DNA of 64,000 bases from Vulcanimicrobiota bacterium. Its GTDB lineage: Bacteria; Vulcanimicrobiota; Vulcanimicrobiia; Vulcanimicrobiales; Vulcanimicrobiaceae. Below the pieces are notes generated by a model. It saw only the letters and a program-made list of their open reading frames with translations. It had not been told where the DNA came from and searched no databases. The position numbers were made by a program, and so were the translations under genes. Positions 20,021 to 28,777 of this stretch are shown here, piece by piece. The stretch is taken from positions 17,907-81,906 of the forward strand of contig CAVRYW010000005.1 in NCBI GenBank assembly GCA_963725605.1, written 5' to 3'. How positions within the stretch are numbered: the first letter of the stretch is position 1; the number at the start of each line of letters is the position of its first letter.

Positions 20021-20595
20021 ATCTTTCTCTGTGCGTTCGGACGTGAAAGGGTTGGGATCTAGCAGCCACGCCTTAGCGTTTGGTCTAGCTGTCGCAATGC
20101 TCGCAGGGTGCCAGCGAGCGACACTCGTATGTTAATTGATAAATCTGTTTCGTATCTACCACAGGTGGTCTAGCGAATCGGCCGCGATGCCGCCTTTGCA
20201 ATCCGATGCATCACGCATGGAGCATGCATGGCGAGGCCGTTTTGAAAGAAACGCCATCCCGTATAGCGTTTTCGATATGAGCGCGTTTTTGCAAACGCAC
20301 GTTGCCAAATGCACGACAGGGACACGTTTGGCCCGGGTCGACGGGTGTCACTTTTTACTCTGACTTTAGTGCGCTCGATGCCGGCCCAGATTTTCGATCG
20401 CAACGACGCGAGATGGAACGCCAAAAGTGGTTCGGGCGTGACTTCGCGCCGAAGGCGGCGAGCTCGATATCTTAAGGCCGTTACGGTTTCGCGGTGACGA
20501 TCCATCGATCGCCGCACGGGCGACTTCTTCGTACGCCAGCGGCGCGAAACGGGATACAAGTGGGTATTTGCACGCACGCGGCTCTTGCCTGCCTC

Positions 20596-20862
20596 TTAGA
20601 TCAGGGCGATCCACTTTTTGGTGATCTCGTCCTCATTTTTGAGGTGCGCCATCAACATGGTCTGCAAGACCTCGTGTTCGCGCAGGATCTCGGCGCGCTC
20701 GGCAGCTTCGAAGTCGAAGGCCTGGTGCTGCGCGGCGATCTGGTTCTGCTGATCGGAGCCATCGCGCGAGGCCGGCGAGCTCGGACTTCGGGGCGCGGCG
20801 AGAGCGCTGCGCCCCGAAGCGGTACGTTCGTTGCGGTGAGCAGGAAGCGGGCCGGTCATCAT
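20596..20862 (-). CDS. Small coiled-coil protein (88 aa), paralog of the upstream 110-aa protein
   Basis: Its ATG overlaps the stop of the upstream gene (ATGA). The C-terminal 42 aa align without gaps, with 19 identities, to the 110-aa protein (QAFD..ER.E..RE..L..M.A..K.ED.ITKKWI). Confidence 0.6.
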   Translation of the reverse strand: MMTGPLPAHRNERTASGRSALAAPRSPSSPASRDGSDQQNQIAAQHQAFDFEAAERAEILREHEVLQTMLMAHLKNEDEITKKWIALI

Positions 20863-21191
20863 TCGGTGATGGTTTGGATGAACTTCTTCGTGATAGAGTC
20901 GTCCATTTTGCGCTGGGCCATGTCGACGTTGCGAAGCGTGTCGACTTCGCGCATGTTTTCGCTGCGTTCATCCATCATTTGATCGAACGCCTCCGACTGC
21001 ACTTGCAGCTGTTCCTGATTTTGAATCTCGGAAGCATACATGCCGAGCTGGAAGTTTTCATCTTGCGTGTTAAGCGCATTCATTGCGGCGTTTTGCGCAT
21101 TGCCGGCGATGCCGCTTCCCAGCGAGCCGCCGATCGCGCTGCCGAGAAGACCCGAGCCGAGCCCTTCGAGCGCCGGAAGTAGGAATGCCAT
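20859..21191 (-). CDS. Small protein (110 aa) with N-terminal glycine-zipper-like segment and Gln/Glu-rich coiled coil
   Basis: AAGGAG lies 7 nt upstream of the ATG. The N-terminus is MAFLLPALEGLGSGLLGSAIGGSLGSGIAG. No signal peptidase site is seen. Confidence 0.7.
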   Translation of the reverse strand: MAFLLPALEGLGSGLLGSAIGGSLGSGIAGNAQNAAMNALNTQDENFQLGMYASEIQNQEQLQVQSEAFDQMMDERSENMREVDTLRNVDMAQRKMDDSITKKFIQTITE

Positions 21192-21215
21192 GTCGTTGCT
21201 CCTTTAGCGAACTCT

Positions 21216-21599
21216 TTAGTTCGAGCCGTCGAAGGCGTAGTCGACCGGCTGGGGTTGATAACCCTGACTTTGAGGCAAGCCCGGCAGGGTCGGTGGAATC
21301 AATGGAAGGCTTTGCGCCTGATTGGAGAGCGAGCCGAGCGATGAAATGAGTGCGTTCACCTCGGCGGTCGCGGAACTCTCCGCCGATTCACTGGAGTCGC
21401 CGCGAAGCGATCCCCCCTGAGTGCCGCTCGACCCGCGCAGCGTGCCGCTCCGATCGCAACCGTGCAACATGCCGCTTCTGCCGCTTTCGCCCGAACCGCT
21501 CATGCGGCCGGCGTGCGAGCCTCCGATACGGCCCTTCTGCTCGTCGTGGAGGGGTCGGGCCGAGATGGTTCCTTCGTGAATGGAAGACAGTGAGCTCAT
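21216..21599 (-). CDS. Gly/Ser-rich low-complexity protein (127 aa)
   Basis: AGGAG lies 9 nt upstream of the ATG. Composition is dominated by G/S/R, with a C-terminal Q/P-rich tail. Confidence 0.6.
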   Translation of the reverse strand: MSSLSSIHEGTISARPLHDEQKGRIGGSHAGRMSGSGESGRSGMLHGCDRSGTLRGSSGTQGGSLRGDSSESAESSATAEVNALISSLGSLSNQAQSLPLIPPTLPGLPQSQGYQPQPVDYAFDGSN

Positions 21600-21616
21600 C
21601 GTGAGATCTCCTTTTT

Positions 21617-22297
21617 CTACGAGTCTGTCTCGTTGGTGTCGTCGCTCAGAAGCGACATATAATCGGTTGACTGCCGGTGATACGAGTGCGCCTGCGAGGT
21701 GCTTGGGAGCGAGGGTGCCCGCAATGAAGGCGCGGGCAATGAGAGCGCCGGCAGTGGGTAGCTCTGCGCAGCGGCGCCCAACGCCCCGACCGACGAAACT
21801 GTCGCGCCGGATTCGGCGATCGCGGCAGACTCGGCCGAATCTTCGGGAGCTGGGCTGCCGGTCAGGGCCGCATAGTGGCGCATGACCGAGTCGGCGTAGC
21901 CGAGGTCGGTGCCATCGGCCCAGCGGGTTTTCGTGCCGGTCGCCGTCGGCGAGCCGCTGTTGTAAGCGGAAAGCGCTTCATGGACGTTGCCGCCGTAGCG
22001 CTTGAGCAGGCCGGAGAGCATGCCGGCGGCATAGTCGGCATTTTGGGCCGGATCCATCGCGGCTTTGGTCGAGGCGAACGGGTGCCAACGGTCGTCGATC
22101 TGGAAGAGCCCGTGCCCGTGACCTCCGTCGCCCACGATGTTGTGCCCGGCGTTGCTGCCCGGGCCCCCGGTCTCTTGCGCGGCGACCGCGGCAAGCAGGT
22201 CGGGATTGAGTCCGTGACGCCGGGCCGCACTCTCGATCTGAGAGGCGAATGCGACGCCCGTGTTGGCGAGACGGGAGGCAACCGGGTCTAGGCTCAT
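21617..22297 (-). CDS. Lytic transglycosylase (SLT domain) without recognisable signal peptide, with Ala/Ser/Pro-rich C-terminal tail
   Basis: LLAAVAAQETGG (catalytic Glu context), GLFQID and AYNSG motifs typical of SLT/goose-lysozyme-like domains. Confidence 0.85.
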   Translation of the reverse strand: MSLDPVASRLANTGVAFASQIESAARRHGLNPDLLAAVAAQETGGPGSNAGHNIVGDGGHGHGLFQIDDRWHPFASTKAAMDPAQNADYAAGMLSGLLKRYGGNVHEALSAYNSGSPTATGTKTRWADGTDLGYADSVMRHYAALTGSPAPEDSAESAAIAESGATVSSVGALGAAAQSYPLPALSLPAPSLRAPSLPSTSQAHSYHRQSTDYMSLLSDDTNETDS

Positions 22298-22327
22298 GGC
22301 GCGCCTCTATCCCCGCGACCGGTGCGT

Positions 22328-22356
22328 TTGACAAGGAGCGGTGCGGGTTCTAGAAT
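22328..22356 (+). promoter_or_regulatory. Sigma-70-type promoter TTGACA-17 nt-TAGAAT upstream of yceD-rpmF-fab operon
   Basis: TTGACA at 22328-22333, a 17-nt spacer and TAGAAT at 22351-22356, read directly. Confidence 0.5.
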
Positions 22357-22382
22357 GGCAAAGTCGTGGCGGCCCTGCCTGA

Positions 22383-22880
22383 TTGGCGGGGCCTCGTGCT
22401 GCGGCGGGTCTCATTATGGAGCGTTCGCACAGGGTTGACGTCAGCGGGCTTCTCGCCGGCGGACGCCAGTTGATGGTGATCGGCGACGAAGTGCCGCTCG
22501 AGCCTTTCGAGGGGATCGCGTTCCCGGAGCCGGTTCGGGTGGCGCTGGAGCTGCGTGAGGCCGACCGAATGCTCGCGATCCAAGGAACCGTGGAGGCTCG
22601 GGTTCACGGTCCGTGCGGCGCGTGTCTCGAAGACGTCGAGCTGGAGGTCCACGTCGATGTCGACGAGCGGCTCGATCCTTCCCGCGGGCGAGATGATGAG
22701 CCGTTCGGCGAGAGCAACGTCTTGACGGGTCAGAGGCTCGACGTGGCGGATCTCGCTCAACAGACCGTGCTGAGCGCACTGCCGATGGGGCTGCGCTGTA
22801 AGGAAGACTGCCTCGGTCTTTGCGGCATTTGCGGGGCGAATAGGAATATGGGCGAATGCTCGTGCGACCGCGCCCAGTAG
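22383..22880 (+). CDS. yceD: YceD/DUF177 family protein (large-subunit rRNA accumulation)
   Basis: C-terminal CKEDCLGLCGICGANRN motif and a conserved position upstream of rpmF. The start may instead be the ATG at 22416. Confidence 0.85.
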   Translation: MAGPRAAAGLIMERSHRVDVSGLLAGGRQLMVIGDEVPLEPFEGIAFPEPVRVALELREADRMLAIQGTVEARVHGPCGACLEDVELEVHVDVDERLDPSRGRDDEPFGESNVLTGQRLDVADLAQQTVLSALPMGLRCKEDCLGLCGICGANRNMGECSCDRAQ

Positions 22881-22899
22881 ACTTTTTGAACGGAGAACT

Positions 22900-23094
22900 A
22901 TGGCGAACTTAAAATGGAAGACGCCGCGCAGCAAGACGCGCAGCCGCAGGGCGGCGAACTGGAAGCTAGGCGCGGTAACGACCGTCCAATGCTCGCAGTG
23001 CCATCAGCCGAAGCGGCCGCACTTTGCATGCGCAAACTGCGGCACGTATAACGGGCGGCAGGTCATCAAGGTACAAGACGAGCCGGCCGGTTAA
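22900..23094 (+). CDS. rpmF: 50S ribosomal protein L32
   Basis: MANLKWKTPRSKTRSRRA N-terminus with CSQC...CANC zinc-ribbon cysteines. Confidence 0.95.
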   Translation: MANLKWKTPRSKTRSRRAANWKLGAVTTVQCSQCHQPKRPHFACANCGTYNGRQVIKVQDEPAG

Positions 23095-23100
23095 GCATAG

Positions 23101-24090
23101 GTGTCCTTGCGTGGCGTAAAGATCGTTGGCGTCGGCCATTACGCGCCTGCCCGCGTCGTCACGAATCACGATCTCGAAGCGTGGCTCGATACGACGGACG
23201 AATGGATCACGACGCGCACTGGAATGAAGCGCCGCCATTGGACGTCCGATAATGAGGCGACCAGCGACCTAGCTTCGGCTGCGGCCGAAGCGGCGCTCGT
23301 GCATGCCGGCCTGCAAGCCGCCGACGTCGATTGCTTTATCGTGGCGACGGTAACCCCCGATTACTATTTTCCGGCCACGGCCTGTCTGGTCGCCACTCGG
23401 CTGGGCACGCGCGAAAAGCCGGCCTTCGACATCGCGATCGCGTGCAGCGGATTCATTTACGGCTTGACGATTGCGTCGGGCCTCATCCGCTCCGGCGTCT
23501 ACCGCAGAGTGATGCTGATTGGAGCCGAGTCGCTCTCGAAGATTCTCGATAAAGAGGATCGCTCGACCGCGATTCTCTTCGGTGATGGAGCGGGTGCGGT
23601 AATTCTGGAATGCTCCGAGGAGGACTCTTTTCTCGCCTGCGATCTCGGTGCCGATGGGAGCCGGCCCGAGCTGTTGTACGCTCATGGCAGCGGATCTCGC
23701 GAGCCTCTCGATCACGCGGCGCTCGATGCGAAGCTGCATCTCATCCATATGCAAGGGCGCGAAACCTTTAAGCTGGCCGTCAACAAGATGGTCGAATCCA
23801 CGGGCTCGGTCTTAAGCAAAGCGAACTTAAGCAAATCCGACATCGCCTTCCTAATTCCGCATCAAGCCAACAAGCGCATCATCGACGCAACCGCGCGGTA
23901 CTTGGATCTCCCCGAAGATAAGGTCGTCATCAACATCGCCGAATACGGCAACACGTCGGCGGCATCGATACCGATGGCGCTCTCGGAGACCGTTCGAGCG
24001 GGCCGAGTTCAGCCTGGAGATCTGATCGTCTTCGTGGCTTTCGGCGGTGGCCTCTCGTGGGGCGCCGTCGCCTGGAGATGGGCCCAGTAG
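23101..24090 (+). CDS. fabH: 3-oxoacyl-ACP synthase III
   Basis: Active-site Cys in IACSGFIYGL, plus IPHQANKRI and YGNTSAASIP motifs. GTG start. Confidence 0.95.
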   Translation: MSLRGVKIVGVGHYAPARVVTNHDLEAWLDTTDEWITTRTGMKRRHWTSDNEATSDLASAAAEAALVHAGLQAADVDCFIVATVTPDYYFPATACLVATRLGTREKPAFDIAIACSGFIYGLTIASGLIRSGVYRRVMLIGAESLSKILDKEDRSTAILFGDGAGAVILECSEEDSFLACDLGADGSRPELLYAHGSGSREPLDHAALDAKLHLIHMQGRETFKLAVNKMVESTGSVLSKANLSKSDIAFLIPHQANKRIIDATARYLDLPEDKVVINIAEYGNTSAASIPMALSETVRAGRVQPGDLIVFVAFGGGLSWGAVAWRWAQ

Positions 24091-25044
24091 ATGCGGTTTG
24101 CGGCCGTTTTTCCCGGCCAAGGATCGCAGTGCGTCGCAATGGGTTGCGACGTCGCGGCGAGTTCGCAGGCCGCGCGTAGCATCTTCGATCGTGCCGCGGC
24201 GGTGCTCGGCTACGACCTGCTCGAGTTACAACGCGCGGGCCCCGAGGAGACGCTGCGCGAAACCGAATATAGCCAACCGGCAATCTTCACGACCAACGTC
24301 GCGCTCTACGAAGCCGTCGGAAGCGACGTGGAGCCGGTCGTCACCGCCGGCCATTCATTCGCTGAGCTGTGCAGTTTGGTGGTCGCCCGATCGCTCGACT
24401 TCGAAGAGGCGTTGCGGATCGTTAACGAGCGCGCGAAGGCGATGCAAGATGCGGCGCAGCTCGCGCGCGGCGGCATGTCTGCGGTTCTCGGCTTGGAAGC
24501 CGTGCAGGTGCGCGACGTATTGCGGCAGTTGCAGAGCGCGAACGTCGGCCGAGTTTCCATGGCGAACTTCAACTCACCGACGCAGATCGTGATCAGCGGC
24601 GACCTCGAGGCGGTGCAGGCCGCAACGCAACCGATGCTGGCTGCCGGCGCCAAGCGCGTCGTGCCGCTCAATGTATCGGGCGCTTGGCATAGCGTGCTGA
24701 TGGAACCCGCGGTGGAACGCCTGGCTGCCGTGGTCGAACGCAGTCATTTCGCAATGCCGCAGTTCGACGTGATCTCCAACCTCGACGGGCGTCCCTATCG
24801 CGACGTGCCGGCGATTAAAGCCAATCTCATTCGCTCGGTGGTCGAAGAAGTGCGCTGGCACGACACTGCGCAGCGACTTCTCTCCTACGCGCTGGATCGC
24901 GTCGTCGAGTTCGGAGCGGGCGCCGTGCTCGGTCCTCTGATGAAACGGATGCCGGTCGCTCCGCCCGTGACCGTCGTTAGCGATTTTGCCGGCGTGCAGA
25001 AGTTTCGCGCCCTGATCGAAGACTCGACCGGAGCGACGGTATGA
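24091..25044 (+). CDS. fabD: Malonyl-CoA:ACP transacylase
   Basis: AVFPGQGSQ N-terminus, GHSFAE nucleophile elbow and the NxSGAWHS region. Confidence 0.9.
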   Translation: MRFAAVFPGQGSQCVAMGCDVAASSQAARSIFDRAAAVLGYDLLELQRAGPEETLRETEYSQPAIFTTNVALYEAVGSDVEPVVTAGHSFAELCSLVVARSLDFEEALRIVNERAKAMQDAAQLARGGMSAVLGLEAVQVRDVLRQLQSANVGRVSMANFNSPTQIVISGDLEAVQAATQPMLAAGAKRVVPLNVSGAWHSVLMEPAVERLAAVVERSHFAMPQFDVISNLDGRPYRDVPAIKANLIRSVVEEVRWHDTAQRLLSYALDRVVEFGAGAVLGPLMKRMPVAPPVTVVSDFAGVQKFRALIEDSTGATV

Positions 25045-25787
25045 TGCTGACCGGCAAGACTGCGCTCATTACCGGCGCGAGCCGCGGAATTGGGCGGGCG
25101 ATCGCGGTAGAGTTTGCGAGATGCGGCGCGGACGTCGCGCTGGTGGGCCGCGACGTCGCGGCGCTGGAAGAGACCGGCGCACTTTGCACGAGCGCGCGCG
25201 CGGATGCAGCCGCGCAGCTCTTCGAGGCCGACGTGACGGATCGGCCGTCGATGGACCGAATCGTTGACGAAACGCTGGCACGTTTCGGGCGTCTCGATTG
25301 CGCGATCGCAAACGCCGGCCAGTCCGTCGACGCGCTGCTCCTGCGGCTAAAGCCCGAGACGATCGATCGTATGCTCGACGTGAACTTGAAGTCGGCCTTT
25401 CATCTTTGCGGCGCCGTCGCCAAGCCCATGATGAAGCAGCGCGCCGGCTCGATCGTGCTTATGACGAGCATCGTGGGGATTACCGGTAACGCCGGCCAGG
25501 CGGCATATGCCGCTTCGAAGGCCGGGCTCATCGGCCTGTGCAAATCGCTGGCAAAGGAGTTGGGTTCGAGGAATATAAGAGTCAACGCCGTCGCGCCGGG
25601 TCTCATCGAAACGGCCATGACGGAAAAGATGCCTAGTGCTGCCAGGGAGTTCTTGATCGAACAAGCCGCTCTCGGCCGAGCCGGGAAGCCGGAGGACGTC
25701 AGCGGAGCGGTTGCCTTCCTCTGCTCTGATGCCGCCGGGTACATCACAGGACAAACGCTCGTAATTGACGGCGGGGTCCTGATGTGA
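25041..25787 (+). CDS. fabG: 3-oxoacyl-ACP reductase (SDR)
   Basis: [12 protein letters not shown] cofactor motif and YAASKAG catalytic motif. ATGA overlap with fabD. Confidence 0.95.
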   Translation: MMLTGKTALITGASRGIGRAIAVEFARCGADVALVGRDVAALEETGALCTSARADAAAQLFEADVTDRPSMDRIVDETLARFGRLDCAIANAGQSVDALLLRLKPETIDRMLDVNLKSAFHLCGAVAKPMMKQRAGSIVLMTSIVGITGNAGQAAYAASKAGLIGLCKSLAKELGSRNIRVNAVAPGLIETAMTEKMPSAAREFLIEQAALGRAGKPEDVSGAVAFLCSDAAGYITGQTLVIDGGVLM

Positions 25788-25821
25788 CCTCGGCAACGAT
25801 ACGCTTTTGAAAGGAGACGAG

Positions 25822-26076
25822 ATGTCCACCACCTTCGATAAAGTGAAGAAGATCATCGTCGAACAACTCGGCGTCGACGAGTCGGAAGTGACGCCCGAAG
25901 CGTCGATTACCGACGATCTCGGTGCCGATTCGCTCGACCAGGTCGAGCTGGTGATGGCGTTCGAGACGGAGTTCAACATCGATATTCCCGATGAGGAAGC
26001 GGAGAAGATCAAGACGGTCGGCGATGCGGTGAAGCGCATTGACGAAACGACGCCGGGTTCTTCGGCGCCGCAGTAG
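25822..26076 (+). CDS. acpP: Acyl carrier protein
   Basis: [16 protein letters not shown] (DSL phosphopantetheine site). AAGGAG lies about 6 nt upstream of the ATG at 25822. Confidence 0.95.
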   Translation: MSTTFDKVKKIIVEQLGVDESEVTPEASITDDLGADSLDQVELVMAFETEFNIDIPDEEAEKIKTVGDAVKRIDETTPGSSAPQ

Positions 26077-26079
26077 TCG

Positions 26080-27414
26080 TTGTTCGATCAGCTCAGTGAC
26101 CGCCTCGGCGCCATCTTCGAGCGCTTAAGCGGACGAGGTAAGGTAACCGAAGGCGAAGTCAACGAGGCCTTGCGCGAGGTTCGGGTTGCGCTGCTCGAAG
26201 CCGACGTCTCACTCGCGACGGCCAAGGCCTTCGTGGCGAGCGTCAAGGAACGGGCGGTGGGCGCGAACGTCCTGGAATCGCTCACGCCGGCACAGACGAT
26301 ACTAACCGTCGTTCACACCGAGCTCGTCGAGCTGCTCGGTCCGACGAGCGCCTCCGGCCGCGGTCGCCTGCACTTCGCCGATGCCCCGCCGTCGGTCATT
26401 ATGCTGGTCGGATTGCAGGGATCGGGAAAGACGACGCAGGCCGGTAAACTTGCGCTGCGCCTCAAGGAACAAGGGCGGCGTTCGCTGTTGATTGCGGCAG
26501 ACGTCTATCGCCCGGCGGCAATCGAGCAGTTGCAGATGCTCGGCAAGCAGATCGATCTTCCCGTATATCAGCGCGGCACGAACGATCCCGTACGCATCGC
26601 GCGCGAAGGCATCGCCGAGGCCAAGCGCCTTGCACTCTCGACGGTCATCATCGATACCGCGGGACGCCTGCAAATCGATGAAGCGCTCATGGACGAGTTG
26701 GAGGAGATCAAAGCGGCGGCCGCCCCGCACGAGATCCTGCTCGTAGCCGATGCGATGACCGGTCAAGAAGCGACCAATGTTGCGAAGGGATTTCACGATC
26801 GCCTCGGCATCACGGGCGTGATTCTGACGAAGATGGACGGCGACACGCGCGGCGGTGCGGCGCTTTCGATTCACGGCGTTACCGGCGCTCCGATCAAGTT
26901 CGTCGGGGTCGGCGAGAAGCTGGGGGCGCTCGAGCCGTTCTATCCCGACCGGCTGGCTTCGCGCATTCTCGGCATGGGCGATGCGCTGACGCTGATCGAA
27001 AAAACGCAGAGCCTCTATTCTGAAGAGCAGGCACGGAAGCTGCAAGAGAAGCTGCTCAAACAGAACTTCACCCTCGAGGATTTCTTGGAACAAATGCGCC
27101 AGGTGCGAAAACTGGGCTCGATGACCGATCTCTTGAAGATGGTGCCCGGTCTGTCGCGCGCTCTGCCCAAGAACTTCGAAATACCCGAGCGCGAGCTCGT
27201 AAAGATCGAAGCCATTATCTGTTCGATGACTCGCAACGAGCGCCGGAATCCCGATCTTCTCAACGGATCGCGTCGCAAGCGAATCGCTCGCGGCTCGGCT
27301 ACGGAAGTCTCCGACGTCAACCGGCTCGTCAAGCAGTTCGAACAGGCCCGTCAGATGGCCAAACACCTTGGCGGAAAGAAGCGGCGAGCGCTCTTGCCTC
27401 CTCTTACGTCTTAA
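26080..27414 (+). CDS. ffh: Signal recognition particle protein Ffh
   Basis: GLQGSGKTT, DTAGR and TKMDGD GTPase motifs, with a Met-rich M domain. TTG start. Confidence 0.95.
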   Translation: MFDQLSDRLGAIFERLSGRGKVTEGEVNEALREVRVALLEADVSLATAKAFVASVKERAVGANVLESLTPAQTILTVVHTELVELLGPTSASGRGRLHFADAPPSVIMLVGLQGSGKTTQAGKLALRLKEQGRRSLLIAADVYRPAAIEQLQMLGKQIDLPVYQRGTNDPVRIAREGIAEAKRLALSTVIIDTAGRLQIDEALMDELEEIKAAAAPHEILLVADAMTGQEATNVAKGFHDRLGITGVILTKMDGDTRGGAALSIHGVTGAPIKFVGVGEKLGALEPFYPDRLASRILGMGDALTLIEKTQSLYSEEQARKLQEKLLKQNFTLEDFLEQMRQVRKLGSMTDLLKMVPGLSRALPKNFEIPERELVKIEAIICSMTRNERRNPDLLNGSRRKRIARGSATEVSDVNRLVKQFEQARQMAKHLGGKKRRALLPPLTS

Positions 27415-27442
27415 CTTGTAACGAAAGCAGCTTTAGAAGAAG

Positions 27443-27742
27443 ATGGTACGAATTCGATTGCGCCGGATGGGCGCCAAGAAGCAGCCCACTTACCGCTTTG
27501 TGGTTGCCGATGCGCGAGCGCCGCGCGACGGCCGATTCATCGAAATCCTCGGGCACTATAATCCACGCACCGAGCCGCGCACGGTGGTGGTCGACGAAGC
27601 GAAGGCGCGCGAGTGGTTGACAAAGGGCGCGCAGCCCTCAGAGACCGTTCGCCGGCTCTTCGCGGAGAAAGGGCTGATGGAGCCCAGCTCGATTCCGCAG
27701 ACCAAGCGCAAACCCAAGGGCGCAAAGGGTAGCGGGTCGTGA
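27443..27742 (+). CDS. rpsP: 30S ribosomal protein S16
   Basis: [34 protein letters not shown]. Confidence 0.95.
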   Translation: MVRIRLRRMGAKKQPTYRFVVADARAPRDGRFIEILGHYNPRTEPRTVVVDEAKAREWLTKGAQPSETVRRLFAEKGLMEPSSIPQTKRKPKGAKGSGS

Positions 27743-28242
27743 GCGCGTTCGACGACGAGTTTGGCCTCTTCAGCGAAACGGTCGCCGAGGAAGTAGAGCG
27801 GGAACCGACGCGCCGCGCGCAGACGCCGCCACGTCCGGCGCAAGCGCCGCCGCGTCCGGCACAAGCGCCGCCGCGTCCGGCACAAGCGCCGCCGCGCCAA
27901 GCACATCCACGGCCCGCGCGGGCGCCGGAACGTCGAGATCGAAGGCCAACTGCACCCTCGAGCGATCCGTGGGCCGGACACCGGCGCGCATCGGAGCTGC
28001 TGACCTTTCTCGCCCGCAAGCTCGTTGCGAATCCCGAAAACGTCGCGGTCGAGCTCTTCGTGGACGAAAGCGCACAGCCGGTGATCGAGCTGATCGTTCA
28101 TCCCGACGATCTGGGAAAGGTTATCGGCCGCGGCGGACGGGTCGCGCATGCACTGCGGACGATCGTTCGCGCGACGGCGGAGGGACGCGTTGCCGTCGAC
28201 ATTCTGGATAGCGACGAGGCCGCCGAAGGCCCGCAGTCCTGA
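27739..28242 (+). CDS. khpA: KH-domain RNA-binding protein (KhpA/YlqC-like) with about 90-aa Pro-rich repeat N-terminal extension
   Basis: The C-terminal KH core is [29 protein letters not shown], in the canonical position between rpsP and rimM. GTGA overlap with rpsP. There is no in-frame ATG/GTG/TTG closer to the KH core. Confidence 0.75.
   Translation: MSAFDDEFGLFSETVAEEVEREPTRRAQTPPRPAQAPPRPAQAPPRPAQAPPRQAHPRPARAPERRDRRPTAPSSDPWAGHRRASELLTFLARKLVANPENVAVELFVDESAQPVIELIVHPDDLGKVIGRGGRVAHALRTIVRATAEGRVAVDILDSDEAAEGPQS
27820..27903 (+). repeat. Tandem 21-bp repeat x4 inside the khpA-like gene, encoding (Q[A/T]PPRPA)n
   Basis: Units start at 27820, 27841, 27862 and 27883. The two central units are identical (caagcgccgccgcgtccggca). 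Confidence 0.85.
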
Positions 28243-28291
28243 GCGAGCGCAGCGAGTCGAAGGATCAGGATGACACACGGATGACAGAAGG

Positions 28292-28777
28292 TTGGATGAA
28301 CTTCCTGTAGGGCGGATCGCCGGAGTATTCGGCCTTCACGGAGAGCTCAAATGCGACCCGACCGGCGCGGGTCGCATCGTCTTTTCTGCGGGCACGACCC
28401 TTCGCTGCGAACGCGAGCAAGGTTCTTCACCGATTCGGTTGACGCAGGTCCGGCCGCACAAGGGACGTCTGTTGATTCGCATCGAGGGTGTTGACGATGC
28501 GGATGCGGCGGCCGAGTTCGTTGGCGCGGTGCTGCACGCGCCGCGTCAAGACGTCGTGTTGAACGAGGGCGAATATTTCGACGCGGACCTCGTCGGCTGC
28601 GCGGTGTGCGGCACCGACGACACACCCTATGGAACGGTGGAGCGCGTCGAGCACTATCCTGCGGGCGATATGCTCGTCGTCGCCGGACAGCTCGTGCCGA
28701 TGGTGGGCGCGATCGTTCGCGAGATCGATCTCGCTGGGCGCCGCATCGTCATCGATCCGCCGGCCGGGCTCCTCTAG
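28292..28777 (+). CDS. rimM: 16S rRNA processing protein RimM
   Basis: VGRIAGVFGLHGELK N-terminus with a PRC-barrel-like C-terminus. TTG start. Confidence 0.9.
   Translation: MDELPVGRIAGVFGLHGELKCDPTGAGRIVFSAGTTLRCEREQGSSPIRLTQVRPHKGRLLIRIEGVDDADAAAEFVGAVLHAPRQDVVLNEGEYFDADLVGCAVCGTDDTPYGTVERVEHYPAGDMLVVAGQLVPMVGAIVREIDLAGRRIVIDPPAGLL

Noticed and set aside
26302-27366. 354-aa ORF antisense to ffh
   Set aside because: ffh is unambiguous on the plus strand. The antisense product is low-complexity and Arg-rich.
27820-27903. Possible CRISPR-like array (regular 21-bp repeats)
   Set aside because: The repeats are contiguous with no spacers, lie in frame inside a CDS and encode a heptapeptide repeat. 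The same reasoning applies to the 6-bp microsatellite at 9972-10016.
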